NCBI GenBank assembly: GCA_965205045.1
Contig: OZ242031.1
Location: 934,124 to 998,123, forward strand
Length of the DNA: 64,000 nucleotides
Reading direction: 5' to 3'
DNA from: Candidatus Rariloculaceae bacterium
Lineage (GTDB): Bacteria; Pseudomonadota; Gammaproteobacteria; Steroidobacterales; Rariloculaceae
The stretch's first letter is position 1; every line of letters begins with the position of its first letter. Position numbers and translations under genes: made by a program. The notes beneath the pieces were generated by a model. That model ran no database searches. It was given only the letters and a program-made list of their open reading frames with translations, and was not told where the DNA came from. Positions 39,707-50,404 of this stretch are shown here, piece by piece.

Positions 39707-40954
39707 TCACCATGTTACCCAGAGTTCCTTGGGTCCTCGGAATTGGATGGTTTCGATGACAGGAGGGGGGGACGGATCGTGCAAACGCAGATTCGGCAAA
39801 CGGCGGGTCAGTTCCTCGATAATGATCGTCAGCTCGAGCCGCGCCAGCGGAGCGCCGAGGCAGAAGTGAGCACCGAACCCGAAGGACAGGTGGGCCCTTG
39901 CATTGCCGCGCCCGATGTCCAGCGCTTCGGGCCGGTCGAAAACCGATTCATCCTTGTTGCCCGAGGCGAGATACAGCAACAGGTTCGCACCCGCCGGAAT
40001 TCGGGTGCCAGCGATTTCGACCGCAACCCTGGTCTTGCGGCGCCAGGCGATCACCGAAGGCCGGTACCGGATCAGCTCCTCCACCGCCGGGCGAACACGC
40101 GGCGGGTCCGCCGCCAGCGCCGCCCATGAATCGCGGTTCTCCAGCAGGCTCTGCACGGCATTTGCGGCCATGTTCGTTGTCGTCTCGTGCCCCGCGAGCA
40201 GCAGACCGAACACGACGTTTGCGATTTCCTCCTCGCTCAGCGCGCGATCGGCGCCGGAGCGCGCCGCGAGCATCATGCTGGGCAGGTCGTCGCCCGGGTT
40301 GCGCGCCTTCTGCTTCACCAGCTCGACGCTGAACTTCCAGTAGTCCAGGAGTTCGCGGGCGGCGGCGAACTGCTGTTTCGGCGAAAGACGTCCGAACGTC
40401 AGCAGCAAGCGATTGTCGGCCCAGCGCTTGACATTCTGCACAGCGGAATCGTCGATGCCCATCACTTTGAACAACACGACCGCGGGGAACTCGTAAAGCA
40501 TGGCCGCCACCAGGTCAACGGGCCTGGCGTCCGTCAGGCCGTCGATCGCGCGGACCGCGAGTTCGCGAATCACCGGCTCCAGAACCTTGAGGCGCTTCGG
40601 CCCGAAGGCGATCTGGGTATGCCTGCGGACGCGCGCATGATTCTCAACGTCGTCGTTGGGCACGAGCAGGGGGTCGGAGGCGAAGTCGTTTTCGGCGAGA
40701 TACGCCGAGACCTCCGGTGCGATCTCATCCACCGGGTCCAGGGCGATACTGGCGGAGAATCTCTCCCGGTCCGCCAAAACGGACTTGACGTCGGCGTGGC
40801 GCGTGACGGCCCAGAAATCGATGTCGGGCAAGTACGCCACGGGCGCATCCGATCTCGCAGCCGCGAGCACGCCATCGAGCTGCGCATTCGTCAACCTGTA
40901 CGAGCGCGACAACGAAGTCACCGGGCAAACGCCGTGTTGCATGTCGAGGCTCAC
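39707..40954 (-). CDS. Cytochrome P450
   Basis: LLAGHETT, EELIRY, heme motif FGFGAHFCLG. Confidence 0.95.
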   Translation of the reverse strand: MSLDMQHGVCPVTSLSRSYRLTNAQLDGVLAAARSDAPVAYLPDIDFWAVTRHADVKSVLADRERFSASIALDPVDEIAPEVSAYLAENDFASDPLLVPNDDVENHARVRRHTQIAFGPKRLKVLEPVIRELAVRAIDGLTDARPVDLVAAMLYEFPAVVLFKVMGIDDSAVQNVKRWADNRLLLTFGRLSPKQQFAAARELLDYWKFSVELVKQKARNPGDDLPSMMLAARSGADRALSEEEIANVVFGLLLAGHETTTNMAANAVQSLLENRDSWAALAADPPRVRPAVEELIRYRPSVIAWRRKTRVAVEIAGTRIPAGANLLLYLASGNKDESVFDRPEALDIGRGNARAHLSFGFGAHFCLGAPLARLELTIIIEELTRRLPNLRLHDPSPPPVIETIQFRGPKELWVTW

Positions 40955-41012
40955 CGGAGCGCGGCCCTCCCGATTATCGCAACGAGCGGATGGGCCGACG
41001 CAGGCTCAGCGC

Positions 41013-43352
41013 TCAGAAGAACACGTCGACGGTCACGCCGTACTCCCTGGGACGGCCCGCGTAGTTCAGCAAGGTGCCGATCGGGCCACCGACGCCGCCC
41101 CCCAGAAGATAATACTCGTTGGTCAGATTGTCACCGAACGCGGTAACGCGAATATTCTCCGATGGCGTCTCGAACACGAGCCGGACGTTCAGCAACCCGT
41201 AGGCTTCCTGCTTCAGTTGACGGTTCGTGAGCGTCTCGGTGTAGTAATCGTCGACCCAGCCGTAGTTGACACGGGCGTCCAGTCCGACTCCGTTGGAAAA
41301 TTCCCAACTGCGCTGGGCGGACCCGCTCCAGCTCAACTCGGGCGTGTTGCGGAACTTGCTGTTCCTGTCGATCGCAGTCGCGCGCCCGACGTCGGTGTAA
41401 CGCGCGTCGGTATAGCCGAGGTTGAAATTCAACAACCAGTCCTCGTTCGGCGCGTACGACAGTTCCGCCTCCACGCCGTCAACCGACGCGACGCCGGCGT
41501 TCGTTGGAATCTGCACCGGGAGTTCGCCGCCCGTCGCCGGGTCGATATACGTTTCGGTGAGCTGAATCTTTTCCCACTTGCCGGAAAAGATCGCCGCATT
41601 CAACCGCAGCGTATCGCCGAGCAGGTCCGATTTGACGCCCCATTCGATCATGCCGATTTCCATCGGGTCCTGTATCCAGGGCTGCGGCGAGGGCAGCTGC
41701 GGATCCGTCGCGATGCCGGCGGCGCCCGCGCCGAAACCTTCCGAATAGCTCAGGTAAGTGCTCGCCCGACCCGAGAAGTAATACTGCAGCGACACGCGCC
41801 CGGTCGTCGAATTGAACCTGGACGGGATCTCGCTGTCCGGGACGGTGGACCCGGCGACGGCCTCGCTGACGGGATGCAGCGTGACCGTCGTCGCCGAGAA
41901 GTCCGTGCCGGTCTGCAGCGCGGCGCTGACGGTCTTGTTCAGGTTGTCGTCCGTATTGCGGCGCAGCCCCAGCGTCAAGTTCAGCCTGTCGGATGCCGAC
42001 CAGGTCAACTCGCCGAAAAACGCATCCGTCTGTTCTTCCGGCGCACTGAAGAGGTTCTCCAGCGGCGGCACCAGAAGGAAACCGAGTCCGGCGCCCAGAA
42101 TCCCGTTCAGAATCGCCGGGTTTTCCTTCAGCTCCCGTTGGGAAAAGAGCACGCGGCGAAGTCGGGTATCGGATTCGCGATGATAGTACCCGGCGACCCA
42201 GTTCAACCGGTCCGTCGACCCCAACAGTTGAAACTCCTGCGAAAACGTTTCCTCGTCCAGGTAGTTGAGTTCGTCGAACACCTGGTACCGGGTGCCGTCG
42301 GTTTCGCCGTAATTTCGAGACTCCGTCGTGCGGTATCCGGTCAGGGAGCGAATCTGAACGGCGCCGGTGATGTCCCAGCTCAGCGTCAGGCTGTGCTGAT
42401 CCAGTTCCTGGGTATCGGCGCCGCTGACCATTTTCGAGGACGCGACGTTCCACTCGCCGATGCCCGCGGCGGTACTGTAGTCGGTTGCCTCGGCCACCGG
42501 CGGGAAGCCGAACATGTCGTACATGCTGATCAGGGTAAACGGAAAGCCCGGGGGCGGAGGAAGCAGACTGTGCAGAACGCGCGCCGTGCCGTTGCGCTCG
42601 AACGTGACGCGGTCCCACGAATAGCGCGCATCGAACGATTCGCCGGGCTCGAAATAGAAGTCGGCCCGGAAGTTGCGGTCATCCAGGTCGCCCGAATCGA
42701 CCCCGCCCGGCAGGATGTTCCTGACGTAGCCGTCCCGTTTGGCGAGCGCGCCCGTCAATCGCACCTTGAGTGTGTTTCCGAGCGGAAAACTGGCGGAGGC
42801 CTTGAGGTCCGTGCGATTGAAGCTTCCCCCGGTCGCCTGAAGTTTCGCTTCGAATTCGTCCGCCGGAACCCGGGTGACGAGTTGAACGGCGCCGCCCATC
42901 GTTCCGCGGCCGAAGAGCGTTCCCTGCGGCCCCTTCATCACCTCGACGCGCTCCAGTTCGACGAACTCGCGCGTCAGCAGGTTGTTGCCGGTCGTTTCGA
43001 TGCCGTCGACGTAGACCGCCACCTCCGGTATGCCCCGCATGACCGTGATGGTACGGAGCTCGCCGGCAATGAAACCGGAATTGACCGAGAGGTTCGGAAC
43101 CATCACGTTCACGTCTTCGAGTTCCCTGAGCCCCGCCAGCGCAATGTCTTCGCCGCTGAAGACCAGCACCGAAACCGGCACGTCCTGGATGGACTCCTCG
43201 CGTCGGCGAGCCGTCACGATGACTTCCTCGAGCAATGCCGCCGTGGCGGCCCCGCTGCCGGCATCGCCGCCGGATTGGGCCGAAGCGGAAAGTGAAATCG
43301 CGAGCCCGGCCGCGATCGGGAGAATCGATCGGCTTATTGAGTTTGTTGACAT
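41013..43352 (-). CDS. TonB-dependent receptor
   Basis: Signal peptide, LEEVIVTARRREESIQDVP, VEVMKGPQGTLFGR, C-terminal F. Confidence 0.93.
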   Translation of the reverse strand: MSTNSISRSILPIAAGLAISLSASAQSGGDAGSGAATAALLEEVIVTARRREESIQDVPVSVLVFSGEDIALAGLRELEDVNVMVPNLSVNSGFIAGELRTITVMRGIPEVAVYVDGIETTGNNLLTREFVELERVEVMKGPQGTLFGRGTMGGAVQLVTRVPADEFEAKLQATGGSFNRTDLKASASFPLGNTLKVRLTGALAKRDGYVRNILPGGVDSGDLDDRNFRADFYFEPGESFDARYSWDRVTFERNGTARVLHSLLPPPPGFPFTLISMYDMFGFPPVAEATDYSTAAGIGEWNVASSKMVSGADTQELDQHSLTLSWDITGAVQIRSLTGYRTTESRNYGETDGTRYQVFDELNYLDEETFSQEFQLLGSTDRLNWVAGYYHRESDTRLRRVLFSQRELKENPAILNGILGAGLGFLLVPPLENLFSAPEEQTDAFFGELTWSASDRLNLTLGLRRNTDDNLNKTVSAALQTGTDFSATTVTLHPVSEAVAGSTVPDSEIPSRFNSTTGRVSLQYYFSGRASTYLSYSEGFGAGAAGIATDPQLPSPQPWIQDPMEIGMIEWGVKSDLLGDTLRLNAAIFSGKWEKIQLTETYIDPATGGELPVQIPTNAGVASVDGVEAELSYAPNEDWLLNFNLGYTDARYTDVGRATAIDRNSKFRNTPELSWSGSAQRSWEFSNGVGLDARVNYGWVDDYYTETLTNRQLKQEAYGLLNVRLVFETPSENIRVTAFGDNLTNEYYLLGGGVGGPIGTLLNYAGRPREYGVTVDVFF

Positions 43353-43461
43353 GACAACCACCCGCTGTCCATGGGCCGAAAGGTCGTTATCGACAAACCT
43401 TACGACATAGACTGCGGGCGATCTGTCAACCCAGGAGTTGACAACGACAAGCGGTTTCCAA

Positions 43462-44868
43462 CTAGCGGGACCTTGCGACCTCCGCCGCGTAAGTTCCCTT
43501 GCAACTCAGCAGCAACAACAGGGCGATCGGACCGAATACGGCTCCGGATACCGCAAGCGACGAACCCAGTTCCTGTTCCGACATGAACACGAAATCGGTA
43601 AGGAACGCGACGACCATCGGTCCGAAGCCGGCGCCGATCAGGTTCGTGAACAGAAGGTAGAACGCGGTCACCTGACCGCGCATCCGATTCGGCGTAATCA
43701 ACTGTATCGATGCTGCGGCAACGCCGATGGGCGCCCCGGCGATGAACTGTACCAGGCCGAAGACGAAGTAAACCAGCGCTTCGCCGGGCATCAGCGGAAA
43801 CAGCGGAATCGTAACCGACAGACCCAGCGCCACCGCCATCAGCGTGACAATGTAGGCATCGTCCCTGCCCATCGAATAGAGCCGGTCGGCCATCCATCCG
43901 CCCAGGTAGACCCCTGCGCCCCCGCAGACCAGGAGAATGGCTCCAAGCCTTACACCCAGGTCGCCGATTTGCACACCGAATTCCCGGATGAAGAAGGCAG
44001 GCGCCCAGGCGTGTACTCCGAAAGTCACCATCGCGACCAGCGCCAGGCCGGAGAACAACTGCGCGAACAGGCCCATGCGGGAGCGAATGAATGTCAGGAC
44101 TGCCCCGATGCTTGCGTCCTCTTGTTCCCTGCCGCCGCGTTGCAGATTGCGTTCGGGTTCCCCGATCGTGCCCAGCAGCAGCAGCAACGCCAACCCCAGC
44201 GGGCCGCCCACCAGCAGAAAGCAAAGGGCCCACGGCTGCACCTGGCCAATGACCGGCAGTGAAATGTCACCGAGCCCGTACGCCCATTCGATGAGATGGC
44301 CGCCGAGCATGTACGCCAGTCCGGCGCCGGCGAAAATACCGCCGGCAAAGACGCCCATGGGTTTGGCCATCCGGTTCTTGGGAAACAGGTCCGACACCAT
44401 GGAATAGGCGGCGGGCGACAGCGAACTCTCCCCGACGCCGACCATCATGCGGGCGACGAACAGCGCGGAGAACGTCCTTGCGAGCCCGCACGCCACCGTC
44501 GCGATGCTCCAGCACGCGGCGCCCAGCGAAATGATGAGTTTGCGCGATGTCAGATCGGCCACGCGGGCAATCGGCAACCCCATGGTGGCGTAGAAGATGG
44601 CGAACGCGATTCCCTGCACCGCGGCGATCTGCGTGTCGCTGAGCCCGAGGTCGGCCTTGATCGGCTCCACCAGGAGATTGAGGATTTGCCGGTCCACGTA
44701 CGAGACCGTGTTGGCCAGCATCAGCACGACCACCACGTACCATGCGTAATACAGCCTGGACTCCGACAGGTAGCTACCCGTCGAACGTGCGGAATCCGCT
44801 GCCGCCGCCAGCTCCGCCTTCGGCTCGATCAACGAGGCGCCTGCGATGTCTGTGCCCTTCGGGCCCAC
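43462..44868 (-). CDS. MFS transporter (spinster-like)
   Basis: SYVDRQILNLLVEPIKADLGLSD, ARMMVGVGE; start may instead be the TTG at 44832. Confidence 0.9.
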   Translation of the reverse strand: MGPKGTDIAGASLIEPKAELAAAADSARSTGSYLSESRLYYAWYVVVVLMLANTVSYVDRQILNLLVEPIKADLGLSDTQIAAVQGIAFAIFYATMGLPIARVADLTSRKLIISLGAACWSIATVACGLARTFSALFVARMMVGVGESSLSPAAYSMVSDLFPKNRMAKPMGVFAGGIFAGAGLAYMLGGHLIEWAYGLGDISLPVIGQVQPWALCFLLVGGPLGLALLLLLGTIGEPERNLQRGGREQEDASIGAVLTFIRSRMGLFAQLFSGLALVAMVTFGVHAWAPAFFIREFGVQIGDLGVRLGAILLVCGGAGVYLGGWMADRLYSMGRDDAYIVTLMAVALGLSVTIPLFPLMPGEALVYFVFGLVQFIAGAPIGVAAASIQLITPNRMRGQVTAFYLLFTNLIGAGFGPMVVAFLTDFVFMSEQELGSSLAVSGAVFGPIALLLLLSCKGTYAAEVARSR

Positions 44869-45599
44869 GCGTCGAACGTGGCATTGACCACGGCCGGTTT
44901 CAGCAGGAAATCGTGGGCCTCCCGAGCGAGTTCGGGTCTGACGGCCCTGACCGCTCCGGCGGACTGCGCCAGCAGCTGCATTCGGGCCGCGCGTTCGAGG
45001 TAAACCGCCAGGTACGTGGCCTCCTCGATCGTTTCCCCGGTCGTGACGTATCCGTGATGCGCCAGCAGGATCGAGCGCTTGTCCCCGATCGCCTCTGAAA
45101 TGATGCGGCCCTCCTCATCGGAGAACGGCACCCCCGGCCACTCCGCCAGATACGCGCAATCCTCGTGAAACATCGCCGTATCCATGTGCGACACGACGAG
45201 AGGCTCGCCGATCATGGACAGCGCGGAGGTGAATGGCGGGTGCGTATGGATCACGCACCGGATGCGCGGTTTGGCCCGGTACAGCCACATGTGGAATCGC
45301 AGCGCGGGATTGACCTCGCGCGCGCCCCGGACCACGTTCAGTTCCTCGTCGACCACGCAGACATCGTCCGCGGCGACCTCCCCGAACATGGGACCGATAC
45401 ACAGCGTCAACCAGGATTTCCTGTCCCGCCGGATCGTGACCTGGCCGGCCAGGTTGTCCGAATGGCCTTCGCCGGCGAGAATCCGGCACAGCAGAACCAG
45501 CTTTTCGACGTCGCTCGCCGGGCGCTGCGCGGGGCCAACGATGTCGTGCTCGAACTTCTCGTATATGCCTGGTTTGTCCTTGTGTGCGACTTTGCTCAT
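44829..45599 (-). CDS. Class II aldolase/adducin family protein
   Basis: NPALRFHMWLY, CVIHTHPP, LLAHHG zinc ligands. Confidence 0.9.
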   Translation of the reverse strand: MSKVAHKDKPGIYEKFEHDIVGPAQRPASDVEKLVLLCRILAGEGHSDNLAGQVTIRRDRKSWLTLCIGPMFGEVAADDVCVVDEELNVVRGAREVNPALRFHMWLYRAKPRIRCVIHTHPPFTSALSMIGEPLVVSHMDTAMFHEDCAYLAEWPGVPFSDEEGRIISEAIGDKRSILLAHHGYVTTGETIEEATYLAVYLERAARMQLLAQSAGAVRAVRPELAREAHDFLLKPAVVNATFDAWARRAQTSQAPR

Positions 45600-45752
45600 G
45601 ACTGCCCCGGTCAGACTGCGGCGTGCCGAGATGGCCCATCGTAATGGATGAATCCGTGCCCGAATGTCGTCCCAAGGGTGGACAGTCCGGCGGCCGATTG
45701 GCATATTAGCGTTCGCGAGGCTTCCATTTGTCAAGGGCGGAAACCGGTTGCC

Positions 45753-46631
45753 ATGGCGAAACGGGCATCGACCCGGCGCGGGTTGAAAAACGTCGAGAAC
45801 GCGTTCGGCTTCGATCAGAATCATTGGTCGATACTGGTTCGCCTGACGGGCAACCTGGCCAACGACCGGTTCGGCGCGGACCTGTACCGTTTGCTCGACG
45901 ACTTCGCCGGTATTGCCCTCTGCGCGGTGCTGACGTGTCCTCTGGAGCGGCTGCAGGAACAGCGCCTGTCGCTGGTCGGCGGCTCGATTACCGAATACTG
46001 GGCGCGCGAGATGATCCGCCAGGGCACCTCCTGGATGGTCACGCACAATCATCTGTTCGATCAGCACATGGCGGAATTCGAACAGGGCAAGATCGCGCCG
46101 GGCCCCTTGTTCCGATTCCGGCCCGACCCCGCGGAACACCCGGAGATCGCCGCGCTCTACGAAAAAAGCGGAGTACTGGAAAAAGTGTACGGCCTCGGCG
46201 TGTGCAGCGACCGCGTGCACCAGTTGAACCTGTTCCGCCCCGTTCGGAAGGGTCCGTTTTCGAAGAGGGAAATCGACGGGCTGCAACGCCTGCTGCCGCT
46301 CGTGATGAACCTGATCCTGGCGCATTTCCAGATCTGCGGCGACGGCAAGCAACGCACGCACAACCGGGAGCGGCTGATCACCCGGATGCGGCGGCGGCGC
46401 ATTCTGCAATTCGACCGGCTCTCGGCACGGGAAACCCGCGTCTGCGACCTGATCGTGTCCGGACTGACCACCGAGGGCATCGCGACGGCATTGGGACTGA
46501 AGGTCTCCTCGATCAAGACCTATCGGAACAGGGCGTACCGCAAACTCGGAATTTCGTCCAACTCGCAACTGTACGCCATGATCATCAACCGCATGTTCGA
46601 CGATTCGGCAGACACCCGGGCCGAAGCCTGA
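45753..46631 (+). CDS. LuxR-type HTH transcriptional regulator
   Basis: C-terminal LSARETRVCDLIVSGLTTEGIATALGLKVSSIKTYRNRAYRKLGI. Confidence 0.88.
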   Translation: MAKRASTRRGLKNVENAFGFDQNHWSILVRLTGNLANDRFGADLYRLLDDFAGIALCAVLTCPLERLQEQRLSLVGGSITEYWAREMIRQGTSWMVTHNHLFDQHMAEFEQGKIAPGPLFRFRPDPAEHPEIAALYEKSGVLEKVYGLGVCSDRVHQLNLFRPVRKGPFSKREIDGLQRLLPLVMNLILAHFQICGDGKQRTHNRERLITRMRRRRILQFDRLSARETRVCDLIVSGLTTEGIATALGLKVSSIKTYRNRAYRKLGISSNSQLYAMIINRMFDDSADTRAEA

Positions 46632-46680
46632 TACGCGCTACCGCACTTGTTGACGCCGGCGGATTGCCAGGGTCGATTCC

Positions 46681-48069
46681 CTACGGGCTCAGGTGTTTCG
46701 CGATGGCCCGGGCATACAGAAACAGCCCCGGGAAATCCGTGGTCGAAAACCAGGCGACCACCAGGTCGCGGCCGGGAGACACGTAGAGCCCCTGACCGCC
46801 CACGCCGCCCTTGTACATGTCGCCGTCGGTCCAGACCATGTCCCATTGGCGCGAATTGCAGCGGATCTCCGGGTCCGGTTCCCCGCCCGAGAACAGCCCC
46901 TGATCGTCCTCTACCTCGAAGGACGCCTGCATGAGCGCCGGGCGGCACCGCCCGAATATCGCCTCGTCGAACGATACGTCGGTTCCCCACACGTCGCTGG
47001 CCATGGTCCCGTATTCCGCTCTCCAGCTTGGCGTGAACAGCAGCCCGTAACGGGCAAGGTCGCGCAGGCGGCTGTTCATCATGCCGCCCGCGATCGCGCC
47101 CCCGGCGGGCGTCACGCCGAGGAACGCGTCCCCTTCGGCGCCGATGAGCGTCCACACGTAGTCGCTCAGCAGGTGATTGAATCGCTGCCCGGAAATGGCT
47201 TCGGCCAACATCACGAGCATCCGCGTATTCAATGAGGAATACTGGAAGAGCGTCCCGGGGGCGACGTCATCGTTGCCGTCCATTGCGTACACCAACTCGT
47301 CGGTCGTCCAGAATACGCCTTCCGGTGCGCCGTCGCGTTGAATGTCGTCCCCGCCGATCATGATGCGGAAGTACTTGTTGACCTTGTGATCCTCGTTCAT
47401 CATCGTGGGCAGGGACTCGTAGATGTCCAGTCCGCTCGCCATGTCCATGACGTCGATGACGCGGATGCCTTCCCAGGCGGTTCCCACCGCCCCGGGGAGA
47501 TACGTTTCGACGGGATCGCCCACGTCCAGTCTGCCCTGCGCTTCCATGATGGTCAGCAACGTCGCGGGCAGTGTTTTTCCCGTCGAATACCAGATGTGAT
47601 TGTGGTTTTCGTCCATGCCCGGATACGCTTCGTAAACGATCCTCCCCTCGTGGACTGCCAGCACACCCTGCGTGCGCGCGATCTCGTGCGACACGAAGGC
47701 GTCCAGCGACATGGGTCCGGGAGGCAGTTGAACCTGGATGTTCCCTATGGAGTCGTCGAGGTCGGTTGGCAACTCCCATATGGGGCCGCCCCTGCGAACG
47801 ATCGAAACCGCGTGGACGTCTTCCCAGTTCGAGTTGTAGTAGACGTTCTCGTCGAAGTTGCGGAAACCCTCGGTCGCGTTGAACACCCGGTCGGACTCGA
47901 ACAGGGAACGATACCGATAGCTTTCCTCGGCCGTATAGCCGTCTCTTGCAACCGAAACAGGGGCTTGGGCCGGGGAATCGAAGACGATCAACGTGAGCGC
48001 GGTTGCAGCAATCGCCCACAGGGACGATCGCGGAATTACGCCGGACACTCGCGATTTGGAATTCTGCAC
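46681..48069 (-). CDS. Secreted serine hydrolase (beta-lactamase family, NylB-like)
   Basis: SxxK in WYSTGKT, FQYSS, LRDLARYG, GVGGQGLYV; GTG start after AGGAG. Confidence 0.85.
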   Translation of the reverse strand: MQNSKSRVSGVIPRSSLWAIAATALTLIVFDSPAQAPVSVARDGYTAEESYRYRSLFESDRVFNATEGFRNFDENVYYNSNWEDVHAVSIVRRGGPIWELPTDLDDSIGNIQVQLPPGPMSLDAFVSHEIARTQGVLAVHEGRIVYEAYPGMDENHNHIWYSTGKTLPATLLTIMEAQGRLDVGDPVETYLPGAVGTAWEGIRVIDVMDMASGLDIYESLPTMMNEDHKVNKYFRIMIGGDDIQRDGAPEGVFWTTDELVYAMDGNDDVAPGTLFQYSSLNTRMLVMLAEAISGQRFNHLLSDYVWTLIGAEGDAFLGVTPAGGAIAGGMMNSRLRDLARYGLLFTPSWRAEYGTMASDVWGTDVSFDEAIFGRCRPALMQASFEVEDDQGLFSGGEPDPEIRCNSRQWDMVWTDGDMYKGGVGGQGLYVSPGRDLVVAWFSTTDFPGLFLYARAIAKHLSP

Positions 48070-48193
48070 GGAAACTCTCCTCTTGCGTTGCCTGATGAAA
48101 GGCTCAACGGATCGAAATCCTTGCCCGCATGCCCAAGGAGAATAACGTATCGTCGACTCCGGGTACGTCAACCTGTCGGTTGACACGATCGCA

Positions 48194-48826
48194 TCAGGGC
48201 GCCGCGAAGCGCGCGATGAACTCCCGAACCACGTACTCGACATGCGATCGCCGTTGACGGGTCGACATCGGTTCGATGACGCCGCACATGCGCTCGGTCA
48301 TTGGAATGAAGAGCATCATTCCCCAGAAAAGCCTGGCTGTCTTCCGGGGGTCTTCGATCGAGAGCCGGCCCCGCTCGATCTCGGTCTCAAGCGTCCGGGC
48401 GAGTTCATTGATTGCCCTCTCGGGCCCATTCCGGAAATAGCTCTCGCCAAGCTCGGGATGCCTGGAAGCCTGCGCGTGCACCAGGCGAACGAAGCTGATT
48501 CCCGTCGGGGACGTCAGCACCTCGAGCGTGCGGTCGGCAACGGCGCGAAGGCGGTTTTCGAGACCGTCGGAATCGTCTCCGGGCGATTCGAGCGGAGACA
48601 GCAGATCCTCCATCATGTCTTCCATGACCGCCCGAAACAGGCCCTCCTTGTTCCGGAAATACGCGTAAATGCTGCTCTTCGAACCGCCCGCGCGTGCCAC
48701 CAGTTGATCCAGACTGGTCCGTTCGTAGCCCTTCTCGGCAAACAGTTCCCGGGCGGTCTGGAGCAATCTGCCGTATCTGCGTATTGAATCCGCCCGCATC
48801 GCGATGGTTGCCGGTCTTGCGGTCAT
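48194..48826 (-). CDS. TetR/AcrR family regulator
   Basis: ARELFAEKGYERTSLDQLVARAGGSKSSIYAYFRNKEGLF. Confidence 0.92.
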   Translation of the reverse strand: MTARPATIAMRADSIRRYGRLLQTARELFAEKGYERTSLDQLVARAGGSKSSIYAYFRNKEGLFRAVMEDMMEDLLSPLESPGDDSDGLENRLRAVADRTLEVLTSPTGISFVRLVHAQASRHPELGESYFRNGPERAINELARTLETEIERGRLSIEDPRKTARLFWGMMLFIPMTERMCGVIEPMSTRQRRSHVEYVVREFIARFAAP

Positions 48827-48994
48827 TCCGATACTCCTGTTCCAGGCGCCGTGATCGGACCTCGTCCGTCGAAGTTGGCGTCGTTCACCTTCCGCTTCAT
48901 CGAACGGGTTTGATGAAAAACGAGTTGCTGTGCTAGTTTACAGCACAACATGTACTGATCGGTACATCACCGGTTCAACTCAAGCAGTGAATTC

Positions 48995-50341
48995 ATGACA
49001 GCGCGAACGCTCCAGGACAAGATCGATACATTCGGCTCCGCAGCGGAGATGCTGCGAAACAACCCCGGCGGGCGGTTCGTGTTTCCGATCGAGCCGGAGT
49101 TCTCGAACTGGAGAGACGAACAGGACGCTTGGAGAAAGACAGTCGTATTGCAGGACATGTCGTTTCACATGACCGAGGTGCATGTCGAAGGACCCGACGT
49201 ATTGGAGTTCATCTCCCGACTCGGCGCGAACGGATTCTCAAATTTCGGTCGGATGCAGGCCAAGCAGCTGGTCCTTTGCAATGGCGAAGGGTACCTAATC
49301 GGCGACACGGTCCTCATACGGGAAGACACGGACTCGGCGGTGTACGTCATTGGCCGGCCCGAGTCCGCGAGCTGGGTCAGGTTCCAGGCCGAAACCAGCC
49401 GCCTCGACGTCAGGGTCGGGAGGGTTGAGCTTCCCACGCCGAATCTCGGCGAGCGCAGCCATTACCGTTACCAGGTGCAGGGCCCGAATGCCCGGCAATT
49501 GCTGGAAACACTGAACGGCGGGCCGCTGCCGCAAATCGGGTTTTTCAAGATGGGCAGGTTCAACATCGGCCCCTGCGAGGTCGTGGCATTGAATCACAGG
49601 ATGTCCGGGTTTCCCGGCTTCGAGTTCTGGGGACCGAGCGCAGAGGGCGACGCGGTCAAAGACATGATCCTGGAGGAAGGCGAGCGGCACGGGCTGCGCC
49701 GGATTGGCGGGCGCGTGTATGCCACGACCGCGACGGAGTCGGGCTGGCTCGGCGGCGTGTTCCCCGCGATCTACAGCGGCGAAAGCACAAGGGCCTATCG
49801 GGAGTGGCTCGATGCACGCAGCCTTGCGGCGAACGCCTCGGTCGGCGGCAGCTTTGTGTTCGAAGAACCCGAAGAAATGTACGTGACGCCCTACGATGTC
49901 GGCTACGGCTTCGTCGTCAGGTTCGATCACGACTTTATCGGAAGGAAGCGCCTGGAGAGGATCGCCGGCGAACCGCACCTGAAGAAGGTTCGTCTAGTGT
50001 GGGACCGCGACGACGTCCTGGACATCGGCGCGAGCCTGTTGAGGCCGGGCTTGCCGTACAAGTACATGGAGATGCCCATGGCCGGTTATGCGACGTACTG
50101 CTTCGATGAAGTCCTGGACGGGGACAAGCGGGTCGGCATGTCCAGCTATCCGGTCTACAGTTCGACCGTGCGCGCCTGGATCAGTCTGGCGATGATCGAT
50201 GAGAAACTTGCCCTTGACGGCACGGAACTTGCCCTCATCTGGGGAGAACCCGACGGGGGTTCAACCAAACCTGCAGTCGAAGCGCATTGTCAGAAGGCCG
50301 TCAAGGTGTCGGTGGACAGCCAGCCGATCAAGCGCGACTAG
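48995..50341 (+). CDS. GcvT-fold THF-dependent aryl O-demethylase (LigM/DesA-like)
   Basis: EFSNWRDEQDAW, DMSFHM, YRYQVQGP, ESGW, FDHDFIGR, WGEPDGGSTKPAVE. Confidence 0.88.
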   Translation: MTARTLQDKIDTFGSAAEMLRNNPGGRFVFPIEPEFSNWRDEQDAWRKTVVLQDMSFHMTEVHVEGPDVLEFISRLGANGFSNFGRMQAKQLVLCNGEGYLIGDTVLIREDTDSAVYVIGRPESASWVRFQAETSRLDVRVGRVELPTPNLGERSHYRYQVQGPNARQLLETLNGGPLPQIGFFKMGRFNIGPCEVVALNHRMSGFPGFEFWGPSAEGDAVKDMILEEGERHGLRRIGGRVYATTATESGWLGGVFPAIYSGESTRAYREWLDARSLAANASVGGSFVFEEPEEMYVTPYDVGYGFVVRFDHDFIGRKRLERIAGEPHLKKVRLVWDRDDVLDIGASLLRPGLPYKYMEMPMAGYATYCFDEVLDGDKRVGMSSYPVYSSTVRAWISLAMIDEKLALDGTELALIWGEPDGGSTKPAVEAHCQKAVKVSVDSQPIKRD

Positions 50342-50404
50342 ACCGGTTCCAGCGTGCGGCTTGGCGCTGCCATTCTGGACGTTTGCACTGTCGAGCTCTC
50401 CGCT

